DNA of 32,000 nucleotides from Paenibacillus pinihumi DSM 23905 = JCM 16419 (GTDB lineage Bacteria; Bacillota; Bacilli; Paenibacillales; Paenibacillaceae): NCBI RefSeq assembly GCF_000422505.1, contig NZ_AULX01000030.1, positions 61,328 to 93,327 of the forward strand, read 5' to 3'. Shown piece by piece: positions 1 to 10,700 of this stretch (position 1 is its first letter; each line of letters starts with the position of its first letter). The notes under the pieces were generated by a model. It saw only the letters and a program-made list of their open reading frames with translations, ran no database searches and was not told where the DNA came from. The position numbers and the translations under genes were made by a program.

Positions 1-3000
1 TTATTTTCTTCGACTCCTCCTTAACATATTTTCCATTCTCTTTTTGCCCTCAGCAAGAGAACTCTCGATCGTAAGATGATTATTGGATTCGGAATTAATT
101 TCTCCACTATTCATGAAGTGAACTAAAGATCGGATGGTTGTATACTTAAACAAATATACTACCGGTATATCAATCTCTAGCTCATTACGAATTAAACGGT
201 TTAAATGCATAATCTTCAGGGAATTCCCGCCAAGATCGAAAAAGTTCTTAAGCACACTGATTTTTTCTTCTTCCAGTTGAAGTACATTACTCCATAGTGT
301 CAGCATTTTTCGTTCCGTTTCATTTCCGGGGGTTACAACCTGCTCCAGTTCCATCGCTTCTTTTGGATCCGGCAGAAGAATATAATTAATTTTCTTATTG
401 GAGGTTAATGGTACTTCTTCTATTTTAAGAATAAAAGAAGGAATCATATAATCAGGCAAAACCTTTAACAGAAAAGTCTTTATTTCTTCAGCTTTATATT
501 CATGGTTTGAGACATAATAGGCAATAATATATAAATTCTCATCACTGCCATTGTTTATGATGACTACCGCATCAGATACACCAGGTATCTTCAGAAGATT
601 ATGTTCAATTTCGCCCAATTCGATGCGGAAGCCGCGAAGCTGGACCTGCCTGTCGACCCGACCGGCATATTCAATCTCGCCTTCATCTGTCAGCCGGGCT
701 TTATCTCCGGTCTTAAAAACTCTTTCGGCGGGTTGATAAATATTTTTTGGAAAAACCTTCTCGGTTAATTCCGGTCTGTTCAAGTATCCCCTGGACACCC
801 CGGCACCACCGACAAAGAGTTCACCATAAACACCCGGAGGCAGCGGAGCACCGTTGTTGTCAAGAATATAAGCACACATACCCGGTAAAGGAGTACCGAT
901 ACTGCTCGTATTATTTTCAATATCTATTGGAGTTATCTCTTTAATTGTGACATGAACAGTTGTCTCCGTTATACCGTACATATTAATAAATTTTACATCC
1001 GGAAAAAGCTCTGACCATTTCTTCAACTTGGCCGGAGTTAATGTTTCACCACCGAAAATAACATAACGGATATCAAGAGAAATATCTTCATCAGAAACGG
1101 CTTCCTTACTTAAATTATAAAAAGAGGAAGGCGTCTGATTTAAAACGGTTATATTCTCTCTGGACAGTAACTTTAAAAACTGTCGGGTATCTTTTCTTTC
1201 TTCCCGGGATAAAACACATAATTTACCCCCGAACAGCAAAGCACCCCAAATCTCCCAAACAGAAAAATCGAAACAGTAGGAATGAAATAAAGTCCAGGCA
1301 TCTTTTTCATTAAAACCGAAAATAGCTTCGGAATTTACGAATAGGCTATACAAATTTCTGTGTTCGACCATTACTCCCTTCGGATTGCCGGTCGTCCCCG
1401 AGGTATAAATAATGTACGCCACATCCGCAGGATTGTTAATATTGTCGATCTGTTCCGGCTCGTCCGCATAACTGCTCTTATCGCCTACATAATAAACGTT
1501 GCCTGTCTCGAACAGATGATCATGTTTAATGTCACGCTGTGTCAGCAAGCAGCGGCTGCCGCTGTCTTGCAGCATAAACTTACAGCGCTCCTCGGGATAC
1601 TCCGTATCGATCGGCAGATAAGCCCCGCCGCTTTTCAATGTCGCAAGAATGGCAATAATCATTTCTATAGACGGCTGGAGGTACAAAGCAACCACAGTAC
1701 CGGGACCGACGCCATCTCTTCTCATTTTATTAGCCAGCTTATTGGCACTTATCAGGAGTTCACCATAAGTTATTTCCTCATCACCAAAACGAACGCAGGC
1801 CTTTGAGGAATACCTGCGAGCCTGTTCATCAAACAACTCTATTATTGTGCCAGAGGCAGGAATCGCAGCCGGCTCCCTGCCGGTAATAAAGGAGCAGGCT
1901 TCCTCCTCTTTTGTCATCAAATCCAAACGGGAAACCTTTTCATTTATTTTTTCTTTAACCTGGCCTGCCATCCGGATAAAGCAATTGCTCATCCTTTTAA
2001 TCGTCGATTCTTTAAACAGGGAAGCATTATAATCGAAAATTAGCTCCAGCTCATCACCTTGTAAAAAGGCAGTACACTGGAGATCATATTTCGCCACCTT
2101 GTGCTGGCAATTCAATTTACTGATATTCAAGTCAGCTAAATCGGCGACAAAATCATCGGACGACTGCATGACAAACACAATATCAATAAAAGGATTACGG
2201 CTTGGATCACGGTCAACATTCAGCTCTTCGATTAACTCCTCGAATGGGTATTCCTGGTTATCATAAATCCGGATCATTTTTTCTTTGAAGCGCAATACAA
2301 ATTGTTCCAGACTTAAATCAGAATCGATTTCGGTTTGAACGGCAAGCAGATTTACAAATACACCAATCAAATCTTCAAGTTCCGGACTTCTCCTCCCGGC
2401 CACAGGGACCCCGACCATGATCTTATCTTGTCCCGTCATGCGGGAAATGAGCAGATTAAACAGGGAGAGCAGAAGAATGAAAAGAGTCGAATTGGTATTT
2501 TTCGCTATATCCTGCAGCAGTCGGGTCGTTTCTTTGTCAAATTTAAAAGCGACCTGCTCGCCTGCTTCTTCACGAATAGGCGGACGCTTATAGTCCGTCG
2601 GAAGATTTACAACAGCATATCCGTTCTTAAATTCATTCAGCCAGAATTCCCGCTGTCGTGCTTTAATCTCCTGCTGTTCAATCGAGTTCAGCCAGTCGGC
2701 ATAATCTTTGTATTGAATTTTCATTTTCGGCAGTGCTTGCCCATTATAATAATGCACAAAATCCCTCACGATGATTGTGTCAGAAACACCATCAGTAGCT
2801 ATATGATGGATATCAATGATGAGCAGATGTTTGTTTTCTGCGACTTTCCCCAAGCCGATTCGGATTGGAAGCTCCTGATCCAAATCGAAGGGACGACGGA
2901 AACCATCTACCACAGCCTCCAGTGCACCCGGATCAGCTATCACTAGTTTTGTTATACTAAAGTTATGCTCGTCCATGATGACCTGACACGTTTTTTCCTG

Positions 3001-6000
3001 TACCAACTGATAGATTGTTCTTAAGATTTCATGACGGTCGATAATATTTCGGAAAACAGCCTCCATTTTCTTATAGACTATTTCCCCTTCGATGATGAAT
3101 GCCTGAGTTTCATTGTACAGACAGCTATCCTTGGCTATCGATTGTATAAGGTACAGTCTATTCTGGGCCGGGGAGATCGCATACGAATCTTTCGGCTCCG
3201 CTTTGGAAATGGAAAGAGAAGTACGAGTCATATACTTTTCCAAATACTCGGCTGTTTCCGCAATAGTAGCATTCTGAAAGAATTGCATTAAAGGAAGCTC
3301 ATTTTTAAACTCCTTTGAAATTTTGGATATCATTACAACTGCTTTCAAGGAATCTGCACCAAGCTCAAAAAAGTTGTCCAGCACACCTATATCTGATATG
3401 CCAAAAAAGTCTGTCCAAATGGCAAGCAGTTTTTTCTGTATATCCGTTTCGGCCTCTTGGTAAGGTGTCAGCAGATGGGGTCTAGTTTTACTAGGGCCGC
3501 CAAAGGAAGTTTTCCCTTCCAAAGCGGTTGCTGCTACTTCATCGGCTGTTTTAACGGAAGACAACCCGACCCATTTGTCGATGCGCAAGGCCAGATCCCC
3601 GGAAGAAACAACAAAATGATTTCCCCGGTGAGGCAATAACCGTTCCAAAATCCGGTAACTCTCCTCCTCCGGGATAGCGAGCATCGAATTACTTTCACCT
3701 AACTTCGAAACACTTTCAGTTTCATCAAACTTAAAATCCCATGTTTCCCAGTTCACACAAATTAAGAAATCCCGCATTTCTTCATCCAAGGATTCAAAGA
3801 AACCATCGAGATAATAGTTGGCGGCAGCATAAACCGTATATCCCAACCCTCCTAAGATCGGCGAGAGAGAAGACATTAGCAACATAAAATCGAGACCATA
3901 ATCTTTGAACAGATCATACAACACCCTGGTGCCATTAATCTTTGGCTCGAACTGCTCGTAGCATTCCTCAGGAGTAATATGGGAAATTGTCCTGGAAAGT
4001 TCAGCCCCGGTAATCCCTGCCGCGTGTATGACTCCGTTAATCTTGCCCCAGGCCGCCTCGCATTCAGCTACGATTTTTTTCATCTCTGCAGGGTCTGCTG
4101 CATTAGCTTCAAAGATTTTAAATTCTCTCTTGTCTTCTTTAAATTTATGGAGCTGTAATACCCTGTTATAATTTTTGTCTGTCTTATTTTGAAGAATACT
4201 GTCCCACTGCTTTTCATCCGGTATAGCGGTTCTGCCAACGAGTATAACCTTGGCATTGTACTGTCTGGTCAGATAATCGGCAAAAGACAGACCGATATTT
4301 CCCAATCCTCCGGTAATCAGGTAGACGCCATTATCTTTCAACCGCTCTCCGCCCGTTCCAACCGACACTCTTTCATAGCCCCGTTCCCAGCGCTTATTGT
4401 TGCGTAAAGCGATTTCTCTGGCGGAGTGAAGATGATTAAATTGAGCAAGCAAAACCCCGGTTTTAGTGGACTCGTCCATGTCGATATAAAAACAATCGGT
4501 ATTTATATTCTCCTGGGACATTGTTTTAATCAACGCCAGCATGAGGGACTTTTCGGGATAAACCTGTTCATGACCATAAACCCGGTACATTCCTTTGGAT
4601 ACAACATAAACAGAAGTCTTTTTATTGAACTCAAAAGATTGAAAGATATTTAATAGACTGAAAAAACCTAACCCAAGTCCAGTATCAAATGCAGTATTTT
4701 CCCCATACGCACTAAACAGATGCAATATTTTATCAGGGGAATTACCTAGTGATTTAAGTCTTTCAAAGAGCTTTTCATAGTCCGCCTTATTACCGGGATT
4801 AATGATATACTCCTGATTATTCACCTCGGAGAACTCTTCCCCGCAAATGACAGTTATTAATTTATTGCCTTTGGAAAGTTGATTGTTAATTTGACTGGCC
4901 CTGTCCGTGGAATCACTGAATATTAAAATACAGGAGTCAATAATCTCTTGGACTTCCGGCAGAGGGGCAAGCTTCCACGAAGGCTGGTAATACCAATCAT
5001 CCGGTGCTTCTTGTACCTCACTACTTCGAACCGTATGCCTCTTCGAGGCTGAAGGAAGATAACCGTCTTCTTTGTAAATAGGATATACTTTTCTCTCGAA
5101 GGGATAAGCAGGCAAAGGCACCCTGAAAAAATCCCCGCTTCCATAAAAGCCTTGCCAGTCTACGTTCATGCCTTGAGTCCATAAACCCGTTAACCGGCTA
5201 TATAAATAATATTCTTCCGAAATATTTTCGCCGTCGGCTTTTACCAACTCATATGCCCGGGAACCCTGGGCTTTGCTTTGATATCGCTTCAATAAATTAG
5301 TTAAATCCATCCCCGGCCCGAGTTCAAGGAATACAGCATTGTTTGCAGTAAATATCTCTTCGGCACCTTTGCAGAAGTTTATCGTCTCTCCGATATGTCT
5401 TGCCCAATATTCGGGAGAAACAGCGAGCTCAGCGGATAATTCTTTCCCGCTAATTCCGGATACAATGGGTACAGCAGGCTTTTGCAGTGACAGTTGAGAC
5501 AGGAAAGCTTCAAGTTCAGGTATAATCGGGTCCATAACATACGTATGGCTGGCAAAAGGAACATTCACGGGAAAACAGAATATTTTTTTGCTTTTCATCT
5601 GTTTTTCAAAAAGCCGTACATCTTCTTCCAGACCGCCGACAATACAGGTTTCACCGTTATCGATTGCTACTTCAACATTATGGTCCAGCAAAGCCTTCAC
5701 TTCGGCATAAGGGAGAGGGACGGATAACATCGATCCCTTGGGTACACTTTCCATTAAATTGTTTCTTAATGCTATAAACTTAATGATATCCTCCAGCTTA
5801 AAAACACCGGCGATATAAGCAGCTACCAATTCACCAAAGCTATACCCAATCACCACATTTGGATGTATACCCCAGGATTGCAGTAGTTTCGCCAGGGCGC
5901 ATTCGAAGCTGAATAGAAGATATAATTTGCCCTTGCCGGATTCGGAAGGAGATACAGGCGCAGCTGCCTCCATAAAAGATTTAACATCATAAGCAGCATA

Positions 6001-7731
6001 GGATTTAAAATACTCGAAGCAGCGGTCCATTTCGTCCCGGAACACCGGCTGCAGCCGATAAAGCCTTTTTCCCATTTGCGGATATTCCGCTCCCTGACCA
6101 GGAAACATGTAAACAATTTTATGTCTGCCCAAAAGAGCCTCGTTTTCCACAACCTGACGAGGAGCGCTTCCTTCCAGAGCATGGATGCACTCCTGCTTGT
6201 CTTTACAAATAAAGGCCCTTCTGTACCCGAACTCCTCTCTCCCGGTCATCAACGTGTAGGAGATATCCTCCAGCCTTTCACCGGAGGAGTTCTTAACGTA
6301 ATCCAATAAATTCGAAGTCTGCTTATCCAGAGCGGATACACTCTTAGCAGACAAACCGATGATTTTATATTCTTCTTCGGAAGAGTCTTTTTCGACTACA
6401 GGAGGAGATTCGAGAATAACATGGACATTAGTCCCCCCTACTCCAAAAGAACTGACGCCACCGTAAATCTTCTCATTCCTACCTGTCTTTAAATTTACCA
6501 GCTCCGTATTCACATAGAACGGGCTATTTTCAAAATTCAAATTTTCATTCGGACTTTCGAAATGAAGGGTCGGGAAAATCTCACCATACTTTACTTCGAG
6601 AATCGCTTTTATCAGTCCGGCTACTCCTGCTGCGCTGTTTATATGACCGATATTCGTCTTAATGGAGCCTAGAGCGGTTTGTTTCCTTTTAGTAGTATTA
6701 AAAACTTCCGCTAAAGCATTAAACTCTATCGGATCACCTATACTTGTTCCGGATCCATGAACCTCAACAAATTGAATATCGTCGCTGCTAAGCTCGGCAA
6801 ATTCAAGGGCTTTCTTTATGACGTCGACCTGACCATCGAGGCTCGGTGCAGCATAGCCAATTTTCCTGTTACCGTCATTATTTATGGCAGATCCACGGAT
6901 AACAGCATGAATCGTATCATTATCCTTCAGCGCATCTTCCAGCCGTTTTAAAACTACAACCCCTACTCCATCGCCGAATACACTCCCGGAAGACTTTTTG
7001 TCGAAGATTCTGCAATGGCCATCCCTGGACAAAATCAGCCCTTCTTTATATATATAGCCATTTCGCTCAGGAGTCATAATGGAGGCACCGCCTGCTATAG
7101 CCATATCACTGTCTCCATCCAAAAGAGACTGACAGGCATAATGGACAGCCGCTAAAGATGTCGAACAGGATGAAAACAGATTCATGCTTGGTCCGCGTAA
7201 ATTGAGTTTATAGGATACTCTGGTGGACATCAGGTCCATATCATTAAAAAAGGAATTTGAAAAAAGCTCTACAATTTTTTCAGGATCATACATATGTTCT
7301 TTTTCAACCTGTTTAAACAAAGTAATATATTCCCAATATTGATTGGAAGTGCCCCCGACAAACAGACCTATCGGCTTATTATACCTTGAAGGGCCATAAC
7401 CCGCGCTTTCAATTGCTTCCCATACACACTCATGCATGACCCTAATCTGGGGATCCATGATTAAAGCTTCTTTTGGGGTATATTCAAAAAAGTCTGAATC
7501 AAACTCTTCAGCAGACTTAAATGTGGATCTCGCGTTAACAAAATTTGGATTTTCGATTACGGACTGCGAAACACCCAAGTCCAGAAGCTCTTCCCTGGAT
7601 AAGAACTCGATTGATTCAACCCCATTTTTTAAGTTATTGTATAACTCATCAATCGATTCAGCTCCCGGGAAACGACCGCTCATTCCAATGACTGCTATTT
7701 CCAAACCTGTTGGCTCTATCTCTCGACCCAA
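1..7731 (-). CDS. Hybrid type I PKS-NRPS megasynthase, KS-AT-KR-ACP-C-A(Thr)-T, 2576 aa, complete in window
   Basis: Boundaries: stop TAA at 1-3. TTG start at 7729-7731, with AGGTGA (7739-7744) 7 nt upstream overlapping the stop of the preceding gene. KS (nt ~6397-7701): C189 in SSCSTS, EVHGSGT, NIGHIN. AT (~5152-6120): FPGQGAEY, GYSFGE (5830-5847), FASH (5545-5556). KR (~3742-4332): YLITGGLGNIGL ... YAAANYY. ACP: LGADSL (Ser at 3349-3351). C: HHIATDGVS (aa 1642-1650). A (~367-1854): YIIYTSGTTGNPKGV, hand-read 10-residue code DFWNIGMVHK. T: LGGNSL (Ser at 220-222). No DH, ER, TE or R motif. Basic C-terminal tail KKRMENMLRRSRRK. Confidence 0.93.
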   Translation of the reverse strand: MGREIEPTGLEIAVIGMSGRFPGAESIDELYNNLKNGVESIEFLSREELLDLGVSQSVIENPNFVNARSTFKSAEEFDSDFFEYTPKEALIMDPQIRVMHECVWEAIESAGYGPSRYNKPIGLFVGGTSNQYWEYITLFKQVEKEHMYDPEKIVELFSNSFFNDMDLMSTRVSYKLNLRGPSMNLFSSCSTSLAAVHYACQSLLDGDSDMAIAGGASIMTPERNGYIYKEGLILSRDGHCRIFDKKSSGSVFGDGVGVVVLKRLEDALKDNDTIHAVIRGSAINNDGNRKIGYAAPSLDGQVDVIKKALEFAELSSDDIQFVEVHGSGTSIGDPIEFNALAEVFNTTKRKQTALGSIKTNIGHINSAAGVAGLIKAILEVKYGEIFPTLHFESPNENLNFENSPFYVNTELVNLKTGRNEKIYGGVSSFGVGGTNVHVILESPPVVEKDSSEEEYKIIGLSAKSVSALDKQTSNLLDYVKNSSGERLEDISYTLMTGREEFGYRRAFICKDKQECIHALEGSAPRQVVENEALLGRHKIVYMFPGQGAEYPQMGKRLYRLQPVFRDEMDRCFEYFKSYAAYDVKSFMEAAAPVSPSESGKGKLYLLFSFECALAKLLQSWGIHPNVVIGYSFGELVAAYIAGVFKLEDIIKFIALRNNLMESVPKGSMLSVPLPYAEVKALLDHNVEVAIDNGETCIVGGLEEDVRLFEKQMKSKKIFCFPVNVPFASHTYVMDPIIPELEAFLSQLSLQKPAVPIVSGISGKELSAELAVSPEYWARHIGETINFCKGAEEIFTANNAVFLELGPGMDLTNLLKRYQSKAQGSRAYELVKADGENISEEYYLYSRLTGLWTQGMNVDWQGFYGSGDFFRVPLPAYPFERKVYPIYKEDGYLPSASKRHTVRSSEVQEAPDDWYYQPSWKLAPLPEVQEIIDSCILIFSDSTDRASQINNQLSKGNKLITVICGEEFSEVNNQEYIINPGNKADYEKLFERLKSLGNSPDKILHLFSAYGENTAFDTGLGLGFFSLLNIFQSFEFNKKTSVYVVSKGMYRVYGHEQVYPEKSLMLALIKTMSQENINTDCFYIDMDESTKTGVLLAQFNHLHSAREIALRNNKRWERGYERVSVGTGGERLKDNGVYLITGGLGNIGLSFADYLTRQYNAKVILVGRTAIPDEKQWDSILQNKTDKNYNRVLQLHKFKEDKREFKIFEANAADPAEMKKIVAECEAAWGKINGVIHAAGITGAELSRTISHITPEECYEQFEPKINGTRVLYDLFKDYGLDFMLLMSSLSPILGGLGYTVYAAANYYLDGFFESLDEEMRDFLICVNWETWDFKFDETESVSKLGESNSMLAIPEEESYRILERLLPHRGNHFVVSSGDLALRIDKWVGLSSVKTADEVAATALEGKTSFGGPSKTRPHLLTPYQEAETDIQKKLLAIWTDFFGISDIGVLDNFFELGADSLKAVVMISKISKEFKNELPLMQFFQNATIAETAEYLEKYMTRTSLSISKAEPKDSYAISPAQNRLYLIQSIAKDSCLYNETQAFIIEGEIVYKKMEAVFRNIIDRHEILRTIYQLVQEKTCQVIMDEHNFSITKLVIADPGALEAVVDGFRRPFDLDQELPIRIGLGKVAENKHLLIIDIHHIATDGVSDTIIVRDFVHYYNGQALPKMKIQYKDYADWLNSIEQQEIKARQREFWLNEFKNGYAVVNLPTDYKRPPIREEAGEQVAFKFDKETTRLLQDIAKNTNSTLFILLLSLFNLLISRMTGQDKIMVGVPVAGRRSPELEDLIGVFVNLLAVQTEIDSDLSLEQFVLRFKEKMIRIYDNQEYPFEELIEELNVDRDPSRNPFIDIVFVMQSSDDFVADLADLNISKLNCQHKVAKYDLQCTAFLQGDELELIFDYNASLFKESTIKRMSNCFIRMAGQVKEKINEKVSRLDLMTKEEEACSFITGREPAAIPASGTIIELFDEQARRYSSKACVRFGDEEITYGELLISANKLANKMRRDGVGPGTVVALYLQPSIEMIIAILATLKSGGAYLPIDTEYPEERCKFMLQDSGSRCLLTQRDIKHDHLFETGNVYYVGDKSSYADEPEQIDNINNPADVAYIIYTSGTTGNPKGVMVEHRNLYSLFVNSEAIFGFNEKDAWTLFHSYCFDFSVWEIWGALLFGGKLCVLSREERKDTRQFLKLLSRENITVLNQTPSSFYNLSKEAVSDEDISLDIRYVIFGGETLTPAKLKKWSELFPDVKFINMYGITETTVHVTIKEITPIDIENNTSSIGTPLPGMCAYILDNNGAPLPPGVYGELFVGGAGVSRGYLNRPELTEKVFPKNIYQPAERVFKTGDKARLTDEGEIEYAGRVDRQVQLRGFRIELGEIEHNLLKIPGVSDAVVIINNGSDENLYIIAYYVSNHEYKAEEIKTFLLKVLPDYMIPSFILKIEEVPLTSNKKINYILLPDPKEAMELEQVVTPGNETERKMLTLWSNVLQLEEEKISVLKNFFDLGGNSLKIMHLNRLIRNELEIDIPVVYLFKYTTIRSLVHFMNSGEINSESNNHLTIESSLAEGKKRMENMLRRSRRK

Positions 7732-7742
7732 AGCTAATTCAC

Positions 7743-10700
7743 CTACCCTTTGCGTTTTTGCAGTCGCCGTTGTTTTCTATCCTTAATTTTACTTAATTCC
7801 TCTTCGCTCGTTATTTTTACATCATCGGCACCTTTAGGAGCATTCAGTTTATATAAATATTCAGCTAAAGCCAGCACCGAAGAATACCTGAAAAGTTCTA
7901 CTATTGTGAGGCTGATATTGAATATCTTACGTATATTCAGACATAACTGAATAACATCCAGCGAGGAAGCGCCCATATCAAAAAATGTAGCATTTTCTTT
8001 AATCTCAGCGAATCCGAAATAGTCCCTGACGATCGCCCCCAGAGATTCTTCAATCTCTCTTAAAGACATGGTTTGCAGAGTCAATTGCTTCTCAGATGCG
8101 GCATTATTTAACGCAAGATCCTTTTTATAAACCCATTTTTTCAATCTTCCGGACAATGGCACAGATGAGACTGCGACCTGGGGAATATTTCGCAATGCCA
8201 GCACCCGCTCCATAGCTTCTATCCCCTCTGCTATGCTCATAAAGTAATCGGTGACGGATGCATTGTTGTAATCAAATCTCGTTTCTTTATTTTCGATATC
8301 CCAGCCTTCCCAGTTGACACTGATCCAGCGGGTCTCTGAACTATCCCTTGTGCCAGCAAAATAATCCAGATAAATATTAGCTGAGCTGTAAGCTGCAAAT
8401 CCCAGTCCGCCGACAATGGAAGAAATGGAAGACATTAAAAGGCAGAAATCCGGCTTACGGGTTTTTATAAGCTCTGCGAGCACCTGCACGCCTTCTATCT
8501 TCGGATCAAATTGCAAGTTGACATCATCCGGTGTAAGCTCATTCAGTGAACGGAACAAAGATGAATCACTTGAAGTCGGGGCGAATATAACCCCGTCCAG
8601 AGAACTGTATTTCTCATCAATTATTTTAAAGACCTTTTCCATTTCTTCGGATTTATGAACACCAGCGGCAACGTAGATACACTCGGAGCCTAGAGACTGG
8701 AGTTCTTTCAATCTCTCTGCTTTTCGCGCGGCACCGGCATCCCTTGAGCTTTCGCCAGTGTCCGAAGAAAGCTCCGTCCTTCCGGTTATGATAACTGTAG
8801 CCTTATAATTCTCCAGAAGGTAACGGCACAGGTGGAATCCTACCCCTCCCAAGCCGCCAACCACAAGATAAACCCCTTGTTCCTTTAGAGCCCCATTCCG
8901 CTTTACGGATTCTTCAAGTTTTAAAGGCTGATAATCCAATTCCCAGCGGATTTCATTTCTGTAAGCCGTCATAGGGTTTTCGGAATTTTGCCTAAGTTCC
9001 TGTTCGATATATCTATAGGAAGAATCATTGTTGCCAAGTGCTTTTTCATCCAGCTCCAGGCATTGGAATGATAAATTATTGATTTCTTGAGCGGCGACCA
9101 TTGAGGCACCGATAACCAATGATTTCTCAGGTACTCTTGATTCTCCGCCTGAAATACGGTGAAGATTGGTAGCCAGATTCATCAGCTTAACATGATTTTG
9201 AAGATTACATTCCTGAATCGCATCAGTCATATACACAGTAGCCAGAAAGTAGGTCTCATTTATATCACCGGCTGCCCGTTGCCTGCTGTTATCTTCAGCT
9301 GCAAGACCGAAACAGTTAATAATATAATCGAGTTGATTACCATCGCGGGTGATTTCCGTCACCAGCTCCTTATATTGCGAACGACAACCAAGATTAAGCA
9401 CATAGGAATTTTCCTTTGCAGGAGCAAAGGATTTCCCAGGAAATACGACAAAAACTTTATATCCTGCATGATTCAAGTATTCGATCAGCCCTTGAGAAAA
9501 ATCATTTTCCTCGCACAGAACCAGTACACCGGAATTTATTTTTTCTGGAGTGCTCTCCAGCAGCAGACTCTGCTTCCAGACAGGAACATAAAACCAGTCA
9601 GGCAAAGATTTGCGGCTGTCATCGTTCTCAACGGGAAGAGCCTGGGATGTTTTGCTCTCTAGCCAAAAGGATTCTTTTTTGAAGCTATACGTTGGCAAGG
9701 ATAACCGTGAGACCTGTTCGGTAGAGCAGAAATACTCCCAATCGACAGCATATCCAATTGACCATAAAAAGCCGGTAATATTGTTGAACGCGTCTTTTTC
9801 CGTTTCGAGAGGATTTAAGCAGGTAACTCCCTCTTGCTCAACAGACTCTCCGGCAAAACACATGATTCCTGCCCTGCCCTTTTTATTTTGATTTACCCAT
9901 TCGACAAACTCTTCCACCGGGGACTCCCCCTTCTCCTGTAACAGGAAGGAGACAGGCAGTTGGTCATTTTCCCTGGAGAACCAGTTCCGGGACTTATGAG
10001 ACCAGCACGGGATAGAAGGAACAGCCAGATCCCCCGCATAACCTTCAAGCCCCCTGCCCTTTTCTTTCATCATTTCCAGGGCGTTTTCAAAGCTTAATAC
10101 CCCGGCCAGACACAAAGCGATGATCTCATTGTCCCCGTATCCTGCCACCCCGGCAGGTTTAATCCCAAGAGAGATAAACATCTTGGCATAAGAGTAAAGA
10201 AAAATTGTATCTATTACTCTGTTGAATTCTTCATTAGCAACTTCGCCGGCATTGGAAATTCGCGCTGCAAAATATTCACTGAGTCCGGGGAAGGAAACGC
10301 TATCCCCAATCAAAATGTTTTGCTCCAACTCCTTTTTCAATAAAGGCTCGGCAAAAAAGCAATCTATATTTTTAAAGAATACGCCGTCAGTATCATTGCC
10401 AAAAACAAAGTAGATGGCATCCTCTCCATTGCTTTCATCGGCAACACCTGCCTGCTGAGTTTTTTCCAGCTGTTCGATCCCCTCAGACAGATCTCTGCAA
10501 CTTACATATCTGCGATATTTAAAATGTTTTCTGCCAACTTGTAAGGTATAAGCGATATCCGGCAAAGCAAGGCCAGAGTTGGCCTTGAAAAATTGAATGT
10601 ACTTTTCTGTCAGCTCATTTAAAGATTGTTCCGTCATGGCGGAGACCAGAATCAAATGATTGGATCGCTGTGACGGTCTCCTCTCATAAGACGGAGCCTC

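Noticed and set aside
4923-6182. Small minus-strand ORFs in alternative frames (4923-5144, 5379-5564, 5850-6182; likewise 11519-11701 and 12413-12601)
   Set aside because: They are nested out of frame inside the megasynthase genes and have no independent support.
551-7786. Plus-strand ORFs of 60-203 aa (e.g. 1360-1806, 2335-2946, 7436-7786) antisense to the PKS-NRPS gene
   Set aside because: They lie entirely within, and antisense to, a 7.7-kb gene with unambiguous domain motifs. Their peptides are low-complexity with no recognisable motifs and no SD sequences. These are typical shadow ORFs.
9129-9161. HRISGGESRVP, a near match to the dehydratase HxxxGxxxxP motif
   Set aside because: The spacing is off by one residue. 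The segment aligns with the equivalent KR structural-subdomain stretch of the other megasynthase (YGHEQVYPEKS). No other DH motifs are present, so I treat it as part of the pseudo-KR rather than a DH.
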